A stretch of 64,000 nucleotides of DNA from positions 277 through 64,276 of the forward strand of contig JAHCAI010000010.1 of the NCBI GenBank assembly GCA_019634975.1. The letters run 5' to 3'. The notes under the pieces were generated by a model that did not search any database, was not told the DNA's origin, and saw nothing but the letters and a program-made list of their open reading frames with translations. Below are positions 1-9,844 of this stretch, piece after piece. This stretch comes from Burkholderiales bacterium. GTDB taxonomy: Bacteria; Pseudomonadota; Gammaproteobacteria; Burkholderiales; SG8-41. The translations under genes were made by a program, and so were the position numbers. Numbering within the stretch: position 1 is the stretch's first letter; every line of letters begins with the position of its first letter.

Positions 1-202
1 CGACGACAAGGACGCCATCGAAGCCAGGACCCAGGCGCTGGCCCAGGCCTCGCACAAGCTGGCCGAGCAGATGTACAAGGAGCAGCAGGCCCAGGCCGGC
101 GGCGCGCAGGGGGGCGGCGAAGCGCCAAAGGCGGATGCCGGCAAGAAGGACGACGGCAACGTGGTCGATGCCGAGTTCGAAGAGGTGAAAGACAAGAAAT
201 AA
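1..202 (+). CDS. dnaK: Chaperone DnaK (Hsp70), C-terminal fragment (5' end outside window)
   Basis: Frame starting at nt 2 reads [34 protein letters not shown]...[19 protein letters not shown], stop TAA at 200-202. This is the typical DnaK tail, and dnaJ follows. Confidence 0.9.
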   Translation, partial: DDKDAIEARTQALAQASHKLAEQMYKEQQAQAGGAQGGGEAPKADAGKKDDGNVVDAEFEEVKDKK

Positions 203-224
203 CTGCGTGAGCAGTAAGGCGTGA

Positions 225-262
225 GGGGTGAGGGGAAAAATCTCTTCACCCCCTTTGCTTTT
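225..262 (+). terminator. Hairpin plus T-rich tail between dnaK and dnaJ (partial terminator/attenuator)
   Basis: GGGGTGA (225-231) pairs with TCACCCC (246-252), followed by CTTTGCTTTT. Confidence 0.5.
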
Positions 263-303
263 ATGCGCCTTACGCCTCCCGCCTAACGCTTCACGAAAAG
301 CAA

Positions 304-1434
304 ATGGCCAAAAGAGACTATTACGAAGTGCTGGGCGTCAATCGCGACGCGTCGGAAGATGACCTGAAAAAGGCCTATCGCAAGCTCGCGATGAAATGGC
401 ATCCGGACCGCAATCCGGACAATCCCAAGGCGGAAGAGCACTTCAAGGAAGCCAAGGAAGCCTACGAGGTCCTGACCGACGCGCAAAAGCGCGCGGCCTA
501 TGACCAGTTCGGCCATGCCGGGGTCGATCCCTCGGCGGCGGGCGGTGCCGGCGCGGGGGCGGGATTCGGCGGTTTCGCCGACGCCTTCGGCGACATCTTC
601 GGCGACATCTTTGGCGGGGCCGGCGGAGGCCGCGGCCGCTCCACGGTCTATCGCGGTGCCGACCTGCGCTACAACCTCGAGATCACGCTGGAGGACGCCG
701 CGCGCGGTACGGAAACGCGCATCCGCATCCCGGCGATGGAGGAATGCGAAACCTGCCACGGCACGGGCGCCAAGCCGGGCACCCAGCCCACCACGTGCAC
801 CACCTGCGGCGGCCATGGCCAGGTGCGCATGCAGCAGGGCTTTTTCTCGATCCAGCAGACCTGCCCGCGCTGCCACGGCACCGGCAAGATGGTGGCGAAT
901 CCCTGTGGAACCTGCTCGGGCAGCGGTCGCGTCAAGAAACACAAGACTCTCGCGGTGAAGATTCCGGCAGGGGTCGACGAGGGTGATCGCATCCGCCTGT
1001 CGGGCGAAGGCGAAGCGGGTGTCAACGGCGGGCCGTCAGGTGATCTCTATGTGGTGATCCAGATCAAGCCGCACGGCGTGTTCACCCGCGACCACAACGA
1101 CCTGCACTGCGAGATGCCGGTGTCCTTCACCACGGCTGCACTGGGCGGCGAGATCGAGATTCCCACGCTCGACGGCTACGCGAAAATAAAGATCCCCCCG
1201 GAGACCCAGAGCGGCAAGATCTTCCGCCTGCGCGGCAAGGGCATCAAGGGTGTGCGCTCCAGCGCCCACGGCGACCTGCTCTGCCATGTCGTGGTCGAGA
1301 CGCCGGTCAAGCTGACGCCGCGCCAGCGCGAGCTGCTCGAGGAATTCGAGGCGATCAGCAGCAAGGACTCGGCGCGCCACAACCCGCGTGCGAAGTCCTG
1401 GATGGACCGGGTCAGGGAGTTCTTTGCCGAATAA
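304..1434 (+). CDS. dnaJ: Co-chaperone DnaJ
   Basis: J-domain (DYYEVLGV...HPDRNP), Gly/Phe-rich linker and four CxxCxGxG zinc-finger repeats. Located after dnaK. Confidence 0.97.
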   Translation: MAKRDYYEVLGVNRDASEDDLKKAYRKLAMKWHPDRNPDNPKAEEHFKEAKEAYEVLTDAQKRAAYDQFGHAGVDPSAAGGAGAGAGFGGFADAFGDIFGDIFGGAGGGRGRSTVYRGADLRYNLEITLEDAARGTETRIRIPAMEECETCHGTGAKPGTQPTTCTTCGGHGQVRMQQGFFSIQQTCPRCHGTGKMVANPCGTCSGSGRVKKHKTLAVKIPAGVDEGDRIRLSGEGEAGVNGGPSGDLYVVIQIKPHGVFTRDHNDLHCEMPVSFTTAALGGEIEIPTLDGYAKIKIPPETQSGKIFRLRGKGIKGVRSSAHGDLLCHVVVETPVKLTPRQRELLEEFEAISSKDSARHNPRAKSWMDRVREFFAE

Positions 1435-1449
1435 GGCGGCCAGGTGACG

Positions 1450-1478
1450 AAAAAGCCGGCGCGTGCGCCGGCTTTTTT
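1450..1478. terminator. Bidirectional rho-independent terminator between convergent dnaJ and the enolase-family gene
   Basis: AAAAA-GCCGGCGC-GT-GCGCCGGC-TTTTTT: a perfect GC stem flanked by an A-run and a T-run. Confidence 0.8.
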
Positions 1479-1497
1479 CGCCTTTCGTTGCCTGCAA

Positions 1498-2649
1498 TCA
1501 GACGCGGTACTTCTCCATCGCCTTCCAGTCGATATCGAAACCGAATCCGGGCCTGTCGTTCAGGTGCACCTGCCCGTCCCTCACCTGTGCGCGCTCGGTG
1601 AACATCTCGAACCACAGCGGATCGCGTTCCGGTCCGCCGTGTGATTCGACACCGAAACCGAGGCGCGGGAAGGCGGACACCAGGTGGGCGTGCACCTCGG
1701 GCACCAGATGCGGCGCGATGCGCACGCCGTGCTGTTCCGCCAGGTGGCTCACCCGCAGCGATTCGGTGAAGCCGGCGAAACGCGTCGAATCGAACTGCAT
1801 GAAGCCCAGCGCGCCGCTGGTGATGAAATCGCGGGCCGTGAAGCGCGTCATTTCACGCTCGCCGTGCGCCAGCGGGATCGGCGTATTCCTTGCCAGCACC
1901 GCGAAATCCGCGGGCTGCAGGTACCAGTGCAGCGGTTCCTCCAGCCAGTAGATGCCGTAGGGTTCCACGGCATGCGCGAAGCGGATGCACTCCTCAAGGT
2001 CATAGGCGGCGTTCATGTCGAGCATCAGCAGCACGTCGTTTCCGATTGCCGCGCGCGTGGCCTTGATGCGCTCGACCTCCTTCTCGATGGACAGGCCTGC
2101 GGTCTTCAGCTTGACCGCGCGGTAACCGCGCTTGACGAAACCCTCGAGTTCGGCCGCGCAGGCATGCAGCGGCGCGTCGAGCTCGTAGTAACCGCCGGTG
2201 GCATAAGTGAACAGCGGTTTGCCCTCGCCGCCGAGCAGCTTCCAAACCGGCACGCCGAGCGCCTTGCCCTTGATGTCCCACAGCGCGCTGTCGATGCCGC
2301 CGATCGCGGCCATGATCTGCGGCCGGTCGCCGCGCGGCAGCGGCTGCGGCAGTCCGTCGCGCCCGCCCATGCCGGTCGGCCGCGGCGAGGTCAGCGCCAT
2401 CAGCTTCTCCCATACGGGGACCTGCGCCGTCGCGTCCATGCCGCGCGCGACCTCGCCCAGTTTTTCGACGTACTGGCAGACCAGTTTCATCGGCGCGCCA
2501 TGCACCTGCCCGATGCCGGTCAGGCCGTCGTCGGTACTGACTTCGACCAGCACCACGCTGGAGCTGTGCAACTCCTCGTGAGCGGTCCACAGGGGATGCT
2601 TCAGCGGGGCGGAAAAGGCTCGGGCCTTGACGGAGGCGATGCGGGTCAC
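1498..2649 (-). CDS. Enolase-superfamily enzyme (mandelate racemase/muconate lactonizing enzyme family), substrate unknown
   Basis: 383 aa with the N-terminal capping domain pattern (VLVEVSTDDGLTGIG) and barrel motifs (KLKTAG, LMLDMNAAY, WLEEP, HGE). Confidence 0.8.
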   Translation of the reverse strand: MTRIASVKARAFSAPLKHPLWTAHEELHSSSVVLVEVSTDDGLTGIGQVHGAPMKLVCQYVEKLGEVARGMDATAQVPVWEKLMALTSPRPTGMGGRDGLPQPLPRGDRPQIMAAIGGIDSALWDIKGKALGVPVWKLLGGEGKPLFTYATGGYYELDAPLHACAAELEGFVKRGYRAVKLKTAGLSIEKEVERIKATRAAIGNDVLLMLDMNAAYDLEECIRFAHAVEPYGIYWLEEPLHWYLQPADFAVLARNTPIPLAHGEREMTRFTARDFITSGALGFMQFDSTRFAGFTESLRVSHLAEQHGVRIAPHLVPEVHAHLVSAFPRLGFGVESHGGPERDPLWFEMFTERAQVRDGQVHLNDRPGFGFDIDWKAMEKYRV

Positions 2650-2727
2650 GGGAGTTTCCTTTGCTTGGCAGATGACATGAAATGGGGCGGCGGCCTGTTG
2701 CCGCCGGACCGGGTCGGATTCAGGCGG

Positions 2728-4098
2728 TCAAGACCGGCGCCAGGTCGTGCCCGAGGCGCTGTCCTCCAGCACGATACCCGAAGCCTTCAGTTCCTCGCGG
2801 ATGCGGTCAGCCTCGGCAAACTGTCTTGATTTCTTCGCCACAGCCCGTGCGGCAATCGCCGCCTCGATGCGCTCCACGGTCCAGTCGCCCTGCGCCGGTC
2901 CCGCCTGCAGAAAGGCCTCCGGTTCGCGCTGCAGCAGGCCGAGCAGTCCCGCCAGCGATTTCAGCAAGGAGGCGTCCGCCACGGAACCGCTGCGGTTGAC
3001 CTCGTTGGCGAGGTCAAACAGCACGGCCACCCCCTCCGGCGTGTTGAAATCGTCGTCCATCGCCGCCTTGAAGCGGGCCGCGTGGGCGTTGCTCCAGTCG
3101 ACCGGCCCCGCCTGCACCGGAACGCCCTTCAGCGCGGTATAAAGCCGGGACAGCCCCTGCCGGGCGTCGTCGAGGTGGGCATCGGAGTAATTCAGCGGGC
3201 TGCGGTACTGGGCGCGAATGATGAAAAAGCGCACGACTTCGGCGTCGTACTTGGCGAGGATCTCGCGCACGGTGAAGAAATTGCCCAGCGACTTCGACAT
3301 CTTTTCGTTGTCGACGCGGACAAATCCGTTGTGCATCCAGTAGTTGACGAAGGCGCAGCCGTTCGCACCCTCGGACTGGGCGATCTCGTTCTCGTGATGG
3401 GGAAACTGCAGGTCCTGCCCGCCACCATGAATGTCGAAATGCTTGCCGAGCAGCGCGCCGGACATCACCGAGCATTCGATGTGCCAGCCGGGCCGGCCCG
3501 GACCCCAGGGCGACTCCCACGCCGGCTCGCCGGCCTTGGCGCGCTTCCACAGCACGAAATCCAGCGGATCCTGCTTGGAGGCATCCACGGCGACGCGCTC
3601 GCCGGCGCGCAGATCCTCCAGCGATTTGCCCGACAGCTTGCCGTAGCCCTCGAAGCGGCGCACTGCGTAGTTCACATCGCCGTCGGCGGCCTGGTAGGCA
3701 TAGCCCCGGCTCTTCAGCACGCTGATCATGTCGAGCATGCCGGCCACGTATTCGGTTGCGCGCGGCTCGGCCGTCGGCTTCTGCACGCCAAGGGCGGCGG
3801 CGTCCTCATCCATCGCGCGGATGTAGCGCTCGGTCAGCGCCGCCACCGGTTCGTTGTTCTCCTGGGCGCGGCGGATGATCTTGTCATCGATATCGGTGAT
3901 GTTGCGCACATAGGTCACGTCATAGCCGGAGGCGCGCAGCCAGCGCTGCACGACATCGAAAATGACCATGACCCGGGCATGCCCGAGGTGGCAGAAATCG
4001 TAGACGGTCATGCCGCAGACGTACATGCGAACCTTGCCCGGTTCGATGGGTCTGAATTCCTGCTTGTCACGCGCCAGGGTATTGTAGATTTTGAGCAT
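2728..4098 (-). CDS. cysS: Cysteine--tRNA ligase
   Basis: HIGH-type motif (CHLGHARV) and KMSKSLGN. I place the start at MLKIYNTL (ATG at 4098) rather than the track start at 4230, whose extra 44 aa are AT-rich and unlike CysS. Confidence 0.93.
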   Translation of the reverse strand: MLKIYNTLARDKQEFRPIEPGKVRMYVCGMTVYDFCHLGHARVMVIFDVVQRWLRASGYDVTYVRNITDIDDKIIRRAQENNEPVAALTERYIRAMDEDAAALGVQKPTAEPRATEYVAGMLDMISVLKSRGYAYQAADGDVNYAVRRFEGYGKLSGKSLEDLRAGERVAVDASKQDPLDFVLWKRAKAGEPAWESPWGPGRPGWHIECSVMSGALLGKHFDIHGGGQDLQFPHHENEIAQSEGANGCAFVNYWMHNGFVRVDNEKMSKSLGNFFTVREILAKYDAEVVRFFIIRAQYRSPLNYSDAHLDDARQGLSRLYTALKGVPVQAGPVDWSNAHAARFKAAMDDDFNTPEGVAVLFDLANEVNRSGSVADASLLKSLAGLLGLLQREPEAFLQAGPAQGDWTVERIEAAIAARAVAKKSRQFAEADRIREELKASGIVLEDSASGTTWRRS

Positions 4099-4189
4099 TT
4101 TGAGCAGCGGGGATGACTTGGAGGCCAAGGCAGCCTCCCGGTCCCACGGATGGAGTCGCGGGCCGGTCCCGCCCCGCGAAAGAGAAATA

Positions 4190-4217
4190 TTGAATTGGCG
4201 GTTGTTCTTGGTAAAAT
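4190..4217 (+). promoter_or_regulatory. Candidate sigma70 promoter for the TPR/L,D-transpeptidase gene pair
   Basis: TTGAAT (4190-4195), 16-nt spacer, TAAAAT (4212-4217) in the divergent cysS/TPR intergenic region. Confidence 0.4.
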
Positions 4218-4230
4218 CCCTAAAATTCAA

Positions 4231-4252
4231 GGACTAAAGTCGGACTAAAGTC
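4231..4252 (+). repeat. Perfect tandem direct repeat, 2 x 11 bp (GGACTAAAGTC)
   Basis: GGACTAAAGTC at 4231-4241 and again at 4242-4252, immediately downstream of the candidate -10 element. Confidence 0.9.
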
Positions 4253-4360
4253 GTCAAATGGCCGTGAAATGAACAATGATTTCCGCGCAGCTGCGATTGG
4301 AATCAGCACCGGCCCGACAACGATCGCCGTCTTCAACAACGACGCTGGAATCATAGCACG

Positions 4361-5407
4361 ATGACTTTCAAATCGGCCGCAGCCCGGCTCGCCGCAATCG
4401 CAGTCTGCCTCGGCCTCGCCGCTCCCGCATTCGCACAGGCCGACGAACTCCAGGAAGCGCAGCAACTGCTGAAACAGGGTCAGACCGACCGCGCGATGGA
4501 ACGCGTCGAGCAGTTCCTCAAGACCCGTCCCAAGGATGCGCGGGGCCGCTTTCTGCGCGGCATCCTGCTCACCGAGCAGAACAAGCCCGCTGAAGCCATC
4601 CGTGTATTCACCGAGCTGACCCAGGAATACCCGGAGCTGCCCGAGCCCTACAACAATCTCGCCGTGCTCCATGCGTCCCAGGGGCAGTACGACAAGGCGC
4701 GTGCGGCACTGGAAATGGCCATCCGCACCCACCCCAGCTATGCCACGGCGCATGAAAATCTCGGCGACATCTACGCCAAGATGGCCAGCCAGGCCTATGA
4801 CAAGGCCCTGCAGCTCGACCGGAACAACCAGGCCGCACAGACCAAGCTGAACCTGATCCGCGACTTGTTCACCGGCGCACCGCGCCCGCCGAAAATCGCG
4901 GCTGCGAAGGCCGAGCCGGCAAAGCCCGCGCCGGCAGCAGCCGCGGCCGCCAAACCGGCGCCGGCTGCCGTGGCCGCAGCGCCGGCAGTGGCCGCCACGA
5001 CTGCGGTTGCAGCCAAGCCCGCCACGACTGTCAAGGAGCCGGCCAAGCCGGCAGCAGCAGCCAACAGTGAGGATGCGGTGCTGAAAGCCGTTGAGGCCTG
5101 GGCCTCCGCCTGGTCGGGCAATGATGTCAGTGCCTATCTCGCGCGCTATGCCCCGGACTTCAAGACGCCGGACGGCGAACCGCGCGCCGCCTGGGAGGCC
5201 GACCGCAAGGCGAAGGTCGCCAAGCCGCGCAAGATCTCGGTGCGCATCGAATCGCCCAAAGTCTCGTTCGCCGATGCCAACCGCGCCACCGTGACCTTCC
5301 GCCAGCACTACCAGTCAAACACCTTCAAAGCCTCGGCCAACAAGACACTGGTCATGATCCGTTCAGGCAACCAATGGCTGATCCAGGAAGAAAGAATCGG
5401 CGGTTGA
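4361..5407 (+). CDS. Secreted TPR-repeat protein with Ala/Pro-rich linker and C-terminal NTF2/SnoaL-like (Cds6-type) domain
   Basis: Signal peptide (AVCLGLAAPAFAQA), TPR repeats, AKPAPAAAAAAKPAPAA linker and a C-terminal module (VEAWASAWSGNDVSAYLARYAPDF...). Confidence 0.8.
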   Translation: MTFKSAAARLAAIAVCLGLAAPAFAQADELQEAQQLLKQGQTDRAMERVEQFLKTRPKDARGRFLRGILLTEQNKPAEAIRVFTELTQEYPELPEPYNNLAVLHASQGQYDKARAALEMAIRTHPSYATAHENLGDIYAKMASQAYDKALQLDRNNQAAQTKLNLIRDLFTGAPRPPKIAAAKAEPAKPAPAAAAAAKPAPAAVAAAPAVAATTAVAAKPATTVKEPAKPAAAANSEDAVLKAVEAWASAWSGNDVSAYLARYAPDFKTPDGEPRAAWEADRKAKVAKPRKISVRIESPKVSFADANRATVTFRQHYQSNTFKASANKTLVMIRSGNQWLIQEERIGG

Positions 5408-6666
5408 ACCGGCCGCTGCTCGCCGGCGCACTGGTCGCGGCGATCACTGCCGCTGCGCTGACGCCCTCCTCCACCACGCTGGCGCTGGGCAATCGCCCGC
5501 TGTTGTCTCCGGCCGGCGGTCTGCTGGGTCCCGCAGGCGGCACCGCTGCCGCACCGGAAGCCATGCTGGCGCAGACGCTGATCGCGATCGCCGGCGCCCG
5601 CTTTGACGTTGCGCTTGCGGAAATCGACAAGGTCCTCAACCAGCATCCCAACTTCCGCCTCGCCCACCTGATCAAGGGCGATCTGCTGATGGCGCGCACG
5701 CGGCCGATCGGCGACATCGGCGCCGCACCCAATGCGCCGTCCGACCGCATCGCCGACCTGCGCGACGAGGCGCGCGCGCGACTGGTGCGGCACACCCACG
5801 AACGTCCGGTCAACCGGATACCGCGCAACCTGCTGCAGCTGACTCCCGACCAGCGGCATGTCTTTGTCGTCGACACATCGAAGTACACCCTGTACGTGTT
5901 CGAGAATGACAATGGCACGCCGCGCTACATTGCCGATTACTACACCACCATCGGCCGCAACGGCATCGAGAAGCTGCGCGAGGGCGACAAGAAAACCCCG
6001 CTCGGCGTCTACCACGTCACCGGCAACCTGCCCCGTGAACAGCTCAACCGGACCTACGGCAACCTCAGCGCGCTCTATGGCGACGGCGCCTTCCCGATCA
6101 ATTACCCCAACGAGTGGGACCGCCGGCGCGGCCGCAACGGCCACGGCATCTGGCTGCATGGCGTGCCCTTCGACACCTACAGCCGCCCGCCGCGCGCGAG
6201 CGATGGCTGCGTCGCGCTGACCAACGAGGACCTTCTGGCGATCGCGAAGCATGTCCAGGTCGGCGTGACGCCGGTGATCATCGCCGAGGGCATTGACTGG
6301 GTGGATGCCGGATCGGCAAAGGCCACCCGCGAATCGCTGCAGCGCACGCTCGACGAATGGCGCCGCGACTGGGAGAGCCGGGATACCGACCGCTACCTGC
6401 GCCACTACTCGGCCGAATTCACTTCGGGAAAACAGGACCTTGCCGCCTGGGCCCGCCAGAAACGCAGCATCAATGCCGCCAAGTCCTGGATCAAGGTCGG
6501 CATCGACGGCGTCAGCATGTTCCTCTACCCGGGCAACGACGATCTGGCCGTGGTGACTTTCAACCAGGACTACGCCAGCAGCAATGTCAGCAACAAGATG
6601 CGCAAACGCCAGTACTGGCAGCGGGAAAACGGCCAGTGGCGCATCGTCCACGAGGGCGCCGCCTGA
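5374..6666 (+). CDS. L,D-transpeptidase (YkuD fold) with C-terminal NTF2-like (Cds6-type) domain
   Basis: YkuD catalytic motif HGIWLHG...SDGCVAL. The C-terminal domain is paralogous to that of the upstream gene. The ATG at 5374 overlaps the upstream gene by 34 nt; a TTG at 5404 (TTGA overlap) is an alternative start. Confidence 0.8.
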   Translation: MADPGRKNRRLNRPLLAGALVAAITAAALTPSSTTLALGNRPLLSPAGGLLGPAGGTAAAPEAMLAQTLIAIAGARFDVALAEIDKVLNQHPNFRLAHLIKGDLLMARTRPIGDIGAAPNAPSDRIADLRDEARARLVRHTHERPVNRIPRNLLQLTPDQRHVFVVDTSKYTLYVFENDNGTPRYIADYYTTIGRNGIEKLREGDKKTPLGVYHVTGNLPREQLNRTYGNLSALYGDGAFPINYPNEWDRRRGRNGHGIWLHGVPFDTYSRPPRASDGCVALTNEDLLAIAKHVQVGVTPVIIAEGIDWVDAGSAKATRESLQRTLDEWRRDWESRDTDRYLRHYSAEFTSGKQDLAAWARQKRSINAAKSWIKVGIDGVSMFLYPGNDDLAVVTFNQDYASSNVSNKMRKRQYWQRENGQWRIVHEGAA

Positions 6667-6689
6667 GTTTCACTGCGGCGCGGCACCCC

Positions 6690-6723
6690 ATAAATCAGCA
6701 ACCCATTGTTTTTAAAGAGTAAC
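6690..6723 (-). repeat. Weak member of the AT-rich repeat family
   Basis: The minus strand reads GTTACTCTTTAAAAACAATGGGTTGCTGATTTAT. It shares TTTAAAAACA with copies at 27473 and 22908, and AACAATGGGTTG is one mismatch from WATCAANNNNTTR. Confidence 0.3.
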
Positions 6724-6726
6724 TTT

Positions 6727-7326
6727 ATGACCCGCCTGTTTCTTTTCCTGCTTGCACTGACCCTGGCGCCGGCAGCGCTGGCCGCCAATCCCAAGGTCGA
6801 GCTGCGCACCAGCGTCGGCACCATCGTCATCGACCTCTACCCGGAGAATGCGCCGAAGACGGTCGAGAACTTCCTGCAGTACGTGAGGGACGGCTTCTAC
6901 GACGGCACCATCTTCCATCGCGTGATCCCCGGTTTCATGGCCCAGGGCGGCGGCTTCACCCGCAACCTCCAGCAGAAGCCGACGCGGCCGGCGATACCCA
7001 ACGAGGCCGGCAACGGCCTGCGCAACGCCATCGGCACCGTCGCCATGGCGCGCACCAAGGACCCGCACTCGGCAACCGCGCAGTTCTTCATCAATGTGGC
7101 CGATAACGACTTTCTCGACTTCAAGTCTCCTGACGAGAGCGGCTACGGCTACACGGTGTTCGGCCGCGTATCGGCGGGCATGGACGTCGTGCAGAAAATG
7201 GTCCAGGTGCCGACCGCCACCATGGGACCGCACCAGAACGTGCCGCGCACGCCGATCGTCATCGAAAGGGCGCGCGTGCTCGAGGCCGCACCGGCCAGAT
7301 CAAAGCCGGCAAAGGCCGCTCCGTAA
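6727..7326 (+). CDS. ppiA: Periplasmic peptidyl-prolyl cis-trans isomerase A (cyclophilin)
   Basis: Signal peptide [19 protein letters not shown] followed by the cyclophilin core ([15 protein letters not shown]). Start trimmed to the ATG at 6727. Confidence 0.9.
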   Translation: MTRLFLFLLALTLAPAALAANPKVELRTSVGTIVIDLYPENAPKTVENFLQYVRDGFYDGTIFHRVIPGFMAQGGGFTRNLQQKPTRPAIPNEAGNGLRNAIGTVAMARTKDPHSATAQFFINVADNDFLDFKSPDESGYGYTVFGRVSAGMDVVQKMVQVPTATMGPHQNVPRTPIVIERARVLEAAPARSKPAKAAP

Positions 7327-7346
7327 ACCGCTTCCAAGGACCCGTC

Positions 7347-7838
7347 ATGATCAAGCTGCACACCAACCACGGCGTCATCAGCCTCGAACTCGATGCCGCC
7401 AAAGCGCCCGACACCGTCGCCAATTTCATCAAGTATGTCGAGGACGGCCACTACAGCAACACCATATTCCACCGTGTCATCGACGGCTTCATGATCCAGG
7501 GCGGCGGTTTCGAGCCGGGCATGAAACAGAAGCCGACCCGCGAACCGGTGCAGAACGAGGCCAACAACGGCCTCAGGAACGACAGGTACACCATCGCGAT
7601 GGCGCGCACCTCGGCGCCGCATTCGGCCAGCGCGCAGTTCTTCATCAATGTCAGCGACAACGACTTCCTGAACCATACCGCGCCCACTCCCCAGGGCTGG
7701 GGCTACTGCGTGTTCGGCAGGGTCGTTGACGGCACCGAGGTCGTCGACAAGATCCGCAAGGTGAAAACCGGCAGCAAGGGCATGCACCAGGATGTCCCGG
7801 TCGAGGACGTGATCATCGAGAAAGCCGAAGTCGTCTGA
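7347..7838 (+). CDS. ppiB: Cytoplasmic peptidyl-prolyl cis-trans isomerase B (cyclophilin)
   Basis: 163 aa, no signal peptide, [15 protein letters not shown]. The ppiA-ppiB-lpxH synteny is conserved. Confidence 0.93.
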   Translation: MIKLHTNHGVISLELDAAKAPDTVANFIKYVEDGHYSNTIFHRVIDGFMIQGGGFEPGMKQKPTREPVQNEANNGLRNDRYTIAMARTSAPHSASAQFFINVSDNDFLNHTAPTPQGWGYCVFGRVVDGTEVVDKIRKVKTGSKGMHQDVPVEDVIIEKAEVV

Positions 7839-7867
7839 GTCCGCGGGGCGGTGACGCCCCGCCGCCC

Positions 7868-8584
7868 ATGCATACGCTGCTCATCTCCGACCTGCACCTT
7901 GCCCCCGAGCGGCCAGCCATCACGGCCCAGTTTCTCCGCTTTGCACGGGATACCGCGGCGCAGGCCCAGGCCCTCTACGTCCTCGGCGACCTTTTCGAAT
8001 ACTGGGCCGGCGACGATGACGACGATGCGCTCGGCATCCAGGCCGCGGCAGCCCTGCAGGCACTGTCAGCCGGCGGCACCCGGGTCTTCCTGATGCACGG
8101 CAACCGCGACGTGCTGATGGGACAGGCACTGGCGAAACGCTGCGGCGCCACGCTGCTCGCGGATCCGCTGCTCACCGAGCTCCACGGCGCGCCCACCCTG
8201 CTGACCCATGGCGATGCGCTATGCACGGACGACGCCGACTACCAGCGCTTCCGCGCCTATGCCCGTGACCCGGCCAACCAGGCGAAATTCCTGGCGCAGC
8301 CGCTGGCCGAGCGCCGCGAGCAGATGCGCGGCATGCGCGCGCAAAGCGAAGCGAGCAAGCAGCGGAAGGCCGAGGCCATCATGGACGTTGCACCGGCGGC
8401 AGTGGAAGCGCTGCTGCGCCGCCACGGCTACCCGCGGCTGATCCACGGCCACACCCACCGGCCCGCGCGGCACGTGCACGAGGTCGACGGCCACCGCTGC
8501 GAACGCTGGGTGCTCAACGACTGGTACGAACGCGGCGGTTACCTGCGCTGCGACAGCGCCGGCTGCACGATGCACCGGCTGTAA
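7868..8584 (+). CDS. lpxH: UDP-2,3-diacylglucosamine diphosphatase
   Basis: Metallophosphoesterase N-terminus MHTLLISDLHL, then GDLFEYW and GNRD motifs. Located after ppiB. Confidence 0.9.
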   Translation: MHTLLISDLHLAPERPAITAQFLRFARDTAAQAQALYVLGDLFEYWAGDDDDDALGIQAAAALQALSAGGTRVFLMHGNRDVLMGQALAKRCGATLLADPLLTELHGAPTLLTHGDALCTDDADYQRFRAYARDPANQAKFLAQPLAERREQMRGMRAQSEASKQRKAEAIMDVAPAAVEALLRRHGYPRLIHGHTHRPARHVHEVDGHRCERWVLNDWYERGGYLRCDSAGCTMHRL

Positions 8585-8596
8585 CCCGCGCCTTCG

Positions 8597-9787
8597 CTAA
8601 CCGGCCAGGCCGCGCAGCAGGTCGGCCTGGATATCCTCGACGTTCTCCAGCCCGACGGCGATGCGCAGCAGCCCGTCCCCGATGCCGGCAGCCGCACGCG
8701 CCTCCGGCGTGATGCGGCCGTGGGTGGTCGATGCCGGATGGGTGATCGTGGTCTTGGTATCGCCGAGATTGGCGGTGATCGACAGCAGGCGCGTGTGGTC
8801 AATGACCCGCCAGGCCGCGTCCTTGCCGCCCTTCAAGTCGAAAGACACGATGCCGCCCCCGGATTTCTGCTGCCTCATCGCCAGCGCATGCTGCGGATGC
8901 GAAGGCAGCCCCGGGTAGTGGACCCGCGCCACCTGCGGCTGCCGTTCCAGCCACTGCGCGAGTTTAAGCGCCGACGCGCACTGTGCCTGCAGGCGGATGT
9001 TGAGCGTCTCCATGCCCTTGAGGATGACCCAGGCGTTGAAGGCGCTCAGTGTCGGGCCGGCGGTGCGCAGGAAGCCGAACACGCCGTCGTAGACAATCTC
9101 CTTCCTGCCCAGGACCGCGCCACCGAGCACGCGGCCCTGGCCGTCAAGATACTTGGTCGCCGAATGGATCACCACGTCGGCTCCGAATTCCAGCGGCCGC
9201 TGCAGGGCCGGCGAGCAGAAGCAGTTGTCGACTGCGAGCAGGGCGCCGGCACGGTGGGCCACGTCCGCGAGCGCCGCGATGTCGTAGACCTCGGTGAGGG
9301 GATTCGACGGCGTCTCGACGTAGAGCAGCCGTGTCGCCGGCTTCACCGCGGCCTGCCAGGCCGGCACTTCGGTGCCGGAGACGAAGGTGGTTTCGATGCC
9401 GAAACGCTTGAGGATCGAGCCGAAGAGCTGCACCGTGGCACCGAACACCCCGGCCGAACAGACCACGTGGTCACCGGCCTTGAGCAGGCCCATCGCCGTC
9501 GACAGGATTGCCGCCATGCCCGAGGAGGTGGCAATGCAGCACTCCGCACCTTCCAGGGCAGCCAGGCGCTGCTCGAACATGGTCACCGTCGGGTTGGTGA
9601 AGCGCGAATAAATGTTGCCCGGCTGCTGGTTGGCAAACCGCGCCGCAGCCTCCGCCGCCGACTTGAATACGAAGCTCGAGGTCAGGTACATCGCCTCGGC
9701 GTGTTCGCCGAACTGGCTGCGTTCGATGCCGGCGCGCACCGCCAGCGTATCCAGGCCCAGGCCTTCCGGATTGAATGTCTTGTCCAT
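8597..9787 (-). CDS. metZ: O-succinylhomoserine sulfhydrylase (Cys/Met-metabolism PLP enzyme)
   Basis: 396 aa with FDTLAVRAG-type N-terminus, the [13 protein letters not shown]-lysine motif and a typical C-terminus ([17 protein letters not shown]). Lies next to purF as in other Betaproteobacteria. Confidence 0.88.
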   Translation of the reverse strand: MDKTFNPEGLGLDTLAVRAGIERSQFGEHAEAMYLTSSFVFKSAAEAAARFANQQPGNIYSRFTNPTVTMFEQRLAALEGAECCIATSSGMAAILSTAMGLLKAGDHVVCSAGVFGATVQLFGSILKRFGIETTFVSGTEVPAWQAAVKPATRLLYVETPSNPLTEVYDIAALADVAHRAGALLAVDNCFCSPALQRPLEFGADVVIHSATKYLDGQGRVLGGAVLGRKEIVYDGVFGFLRTAGPTLSAFNAWVILKGMETLNIRLQAQCASALKLAQWLERQPQVARVHYPGLPSHPQHALAMRQQKSGGGIVSFDLKGGKDAAWRVIDHTRLLSITANLGDTKTTITHPASTTHGRITPEARAAAGIGDGLLRIAVGLENVEDIQADLLRGLAG

Positions 9788-9808
9788 GCCCCACCTTCCT
9801 GCTGACGT

Positions 9809-9844
9809 AAAAAAACCCGATTCAGCATTCTGCTAAACCGGGTT
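9809..9844 (-). promoter_or_regulatory. Leader terminator-like hairpin with U7 tract, 21 nt upstream of the metZ ATG (attenuator/riboswitch expression platform candidate)
   Basis: The minus strand reads AACCCGGTTTAGCAGAATGCTGAATCGGGTTTTTTT. The outer stem is AACCCG/CGGGTT and the inner stem AGCA/TGCT. The RBS AGGAAGG and the ATG follow. Confidence 0.5.

Noticed and set aside
4099-4230. N-terminal extensions in the ORF track: cysS to 4230, trpB to 17618, trpF to 18378, thyA from 30394, apbC to 38313, acyP from 48132, ppiA from 6706, TPR to 49430
   Set aside because: The extensions precede the conserved family N-termini, often overlap the neighbouring gene, and are compositionally atypical. 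Internal ATG codons that match the canonical N-termini were used instead. The track also translates non-ATG starts as M, for example the TTG at 21616.
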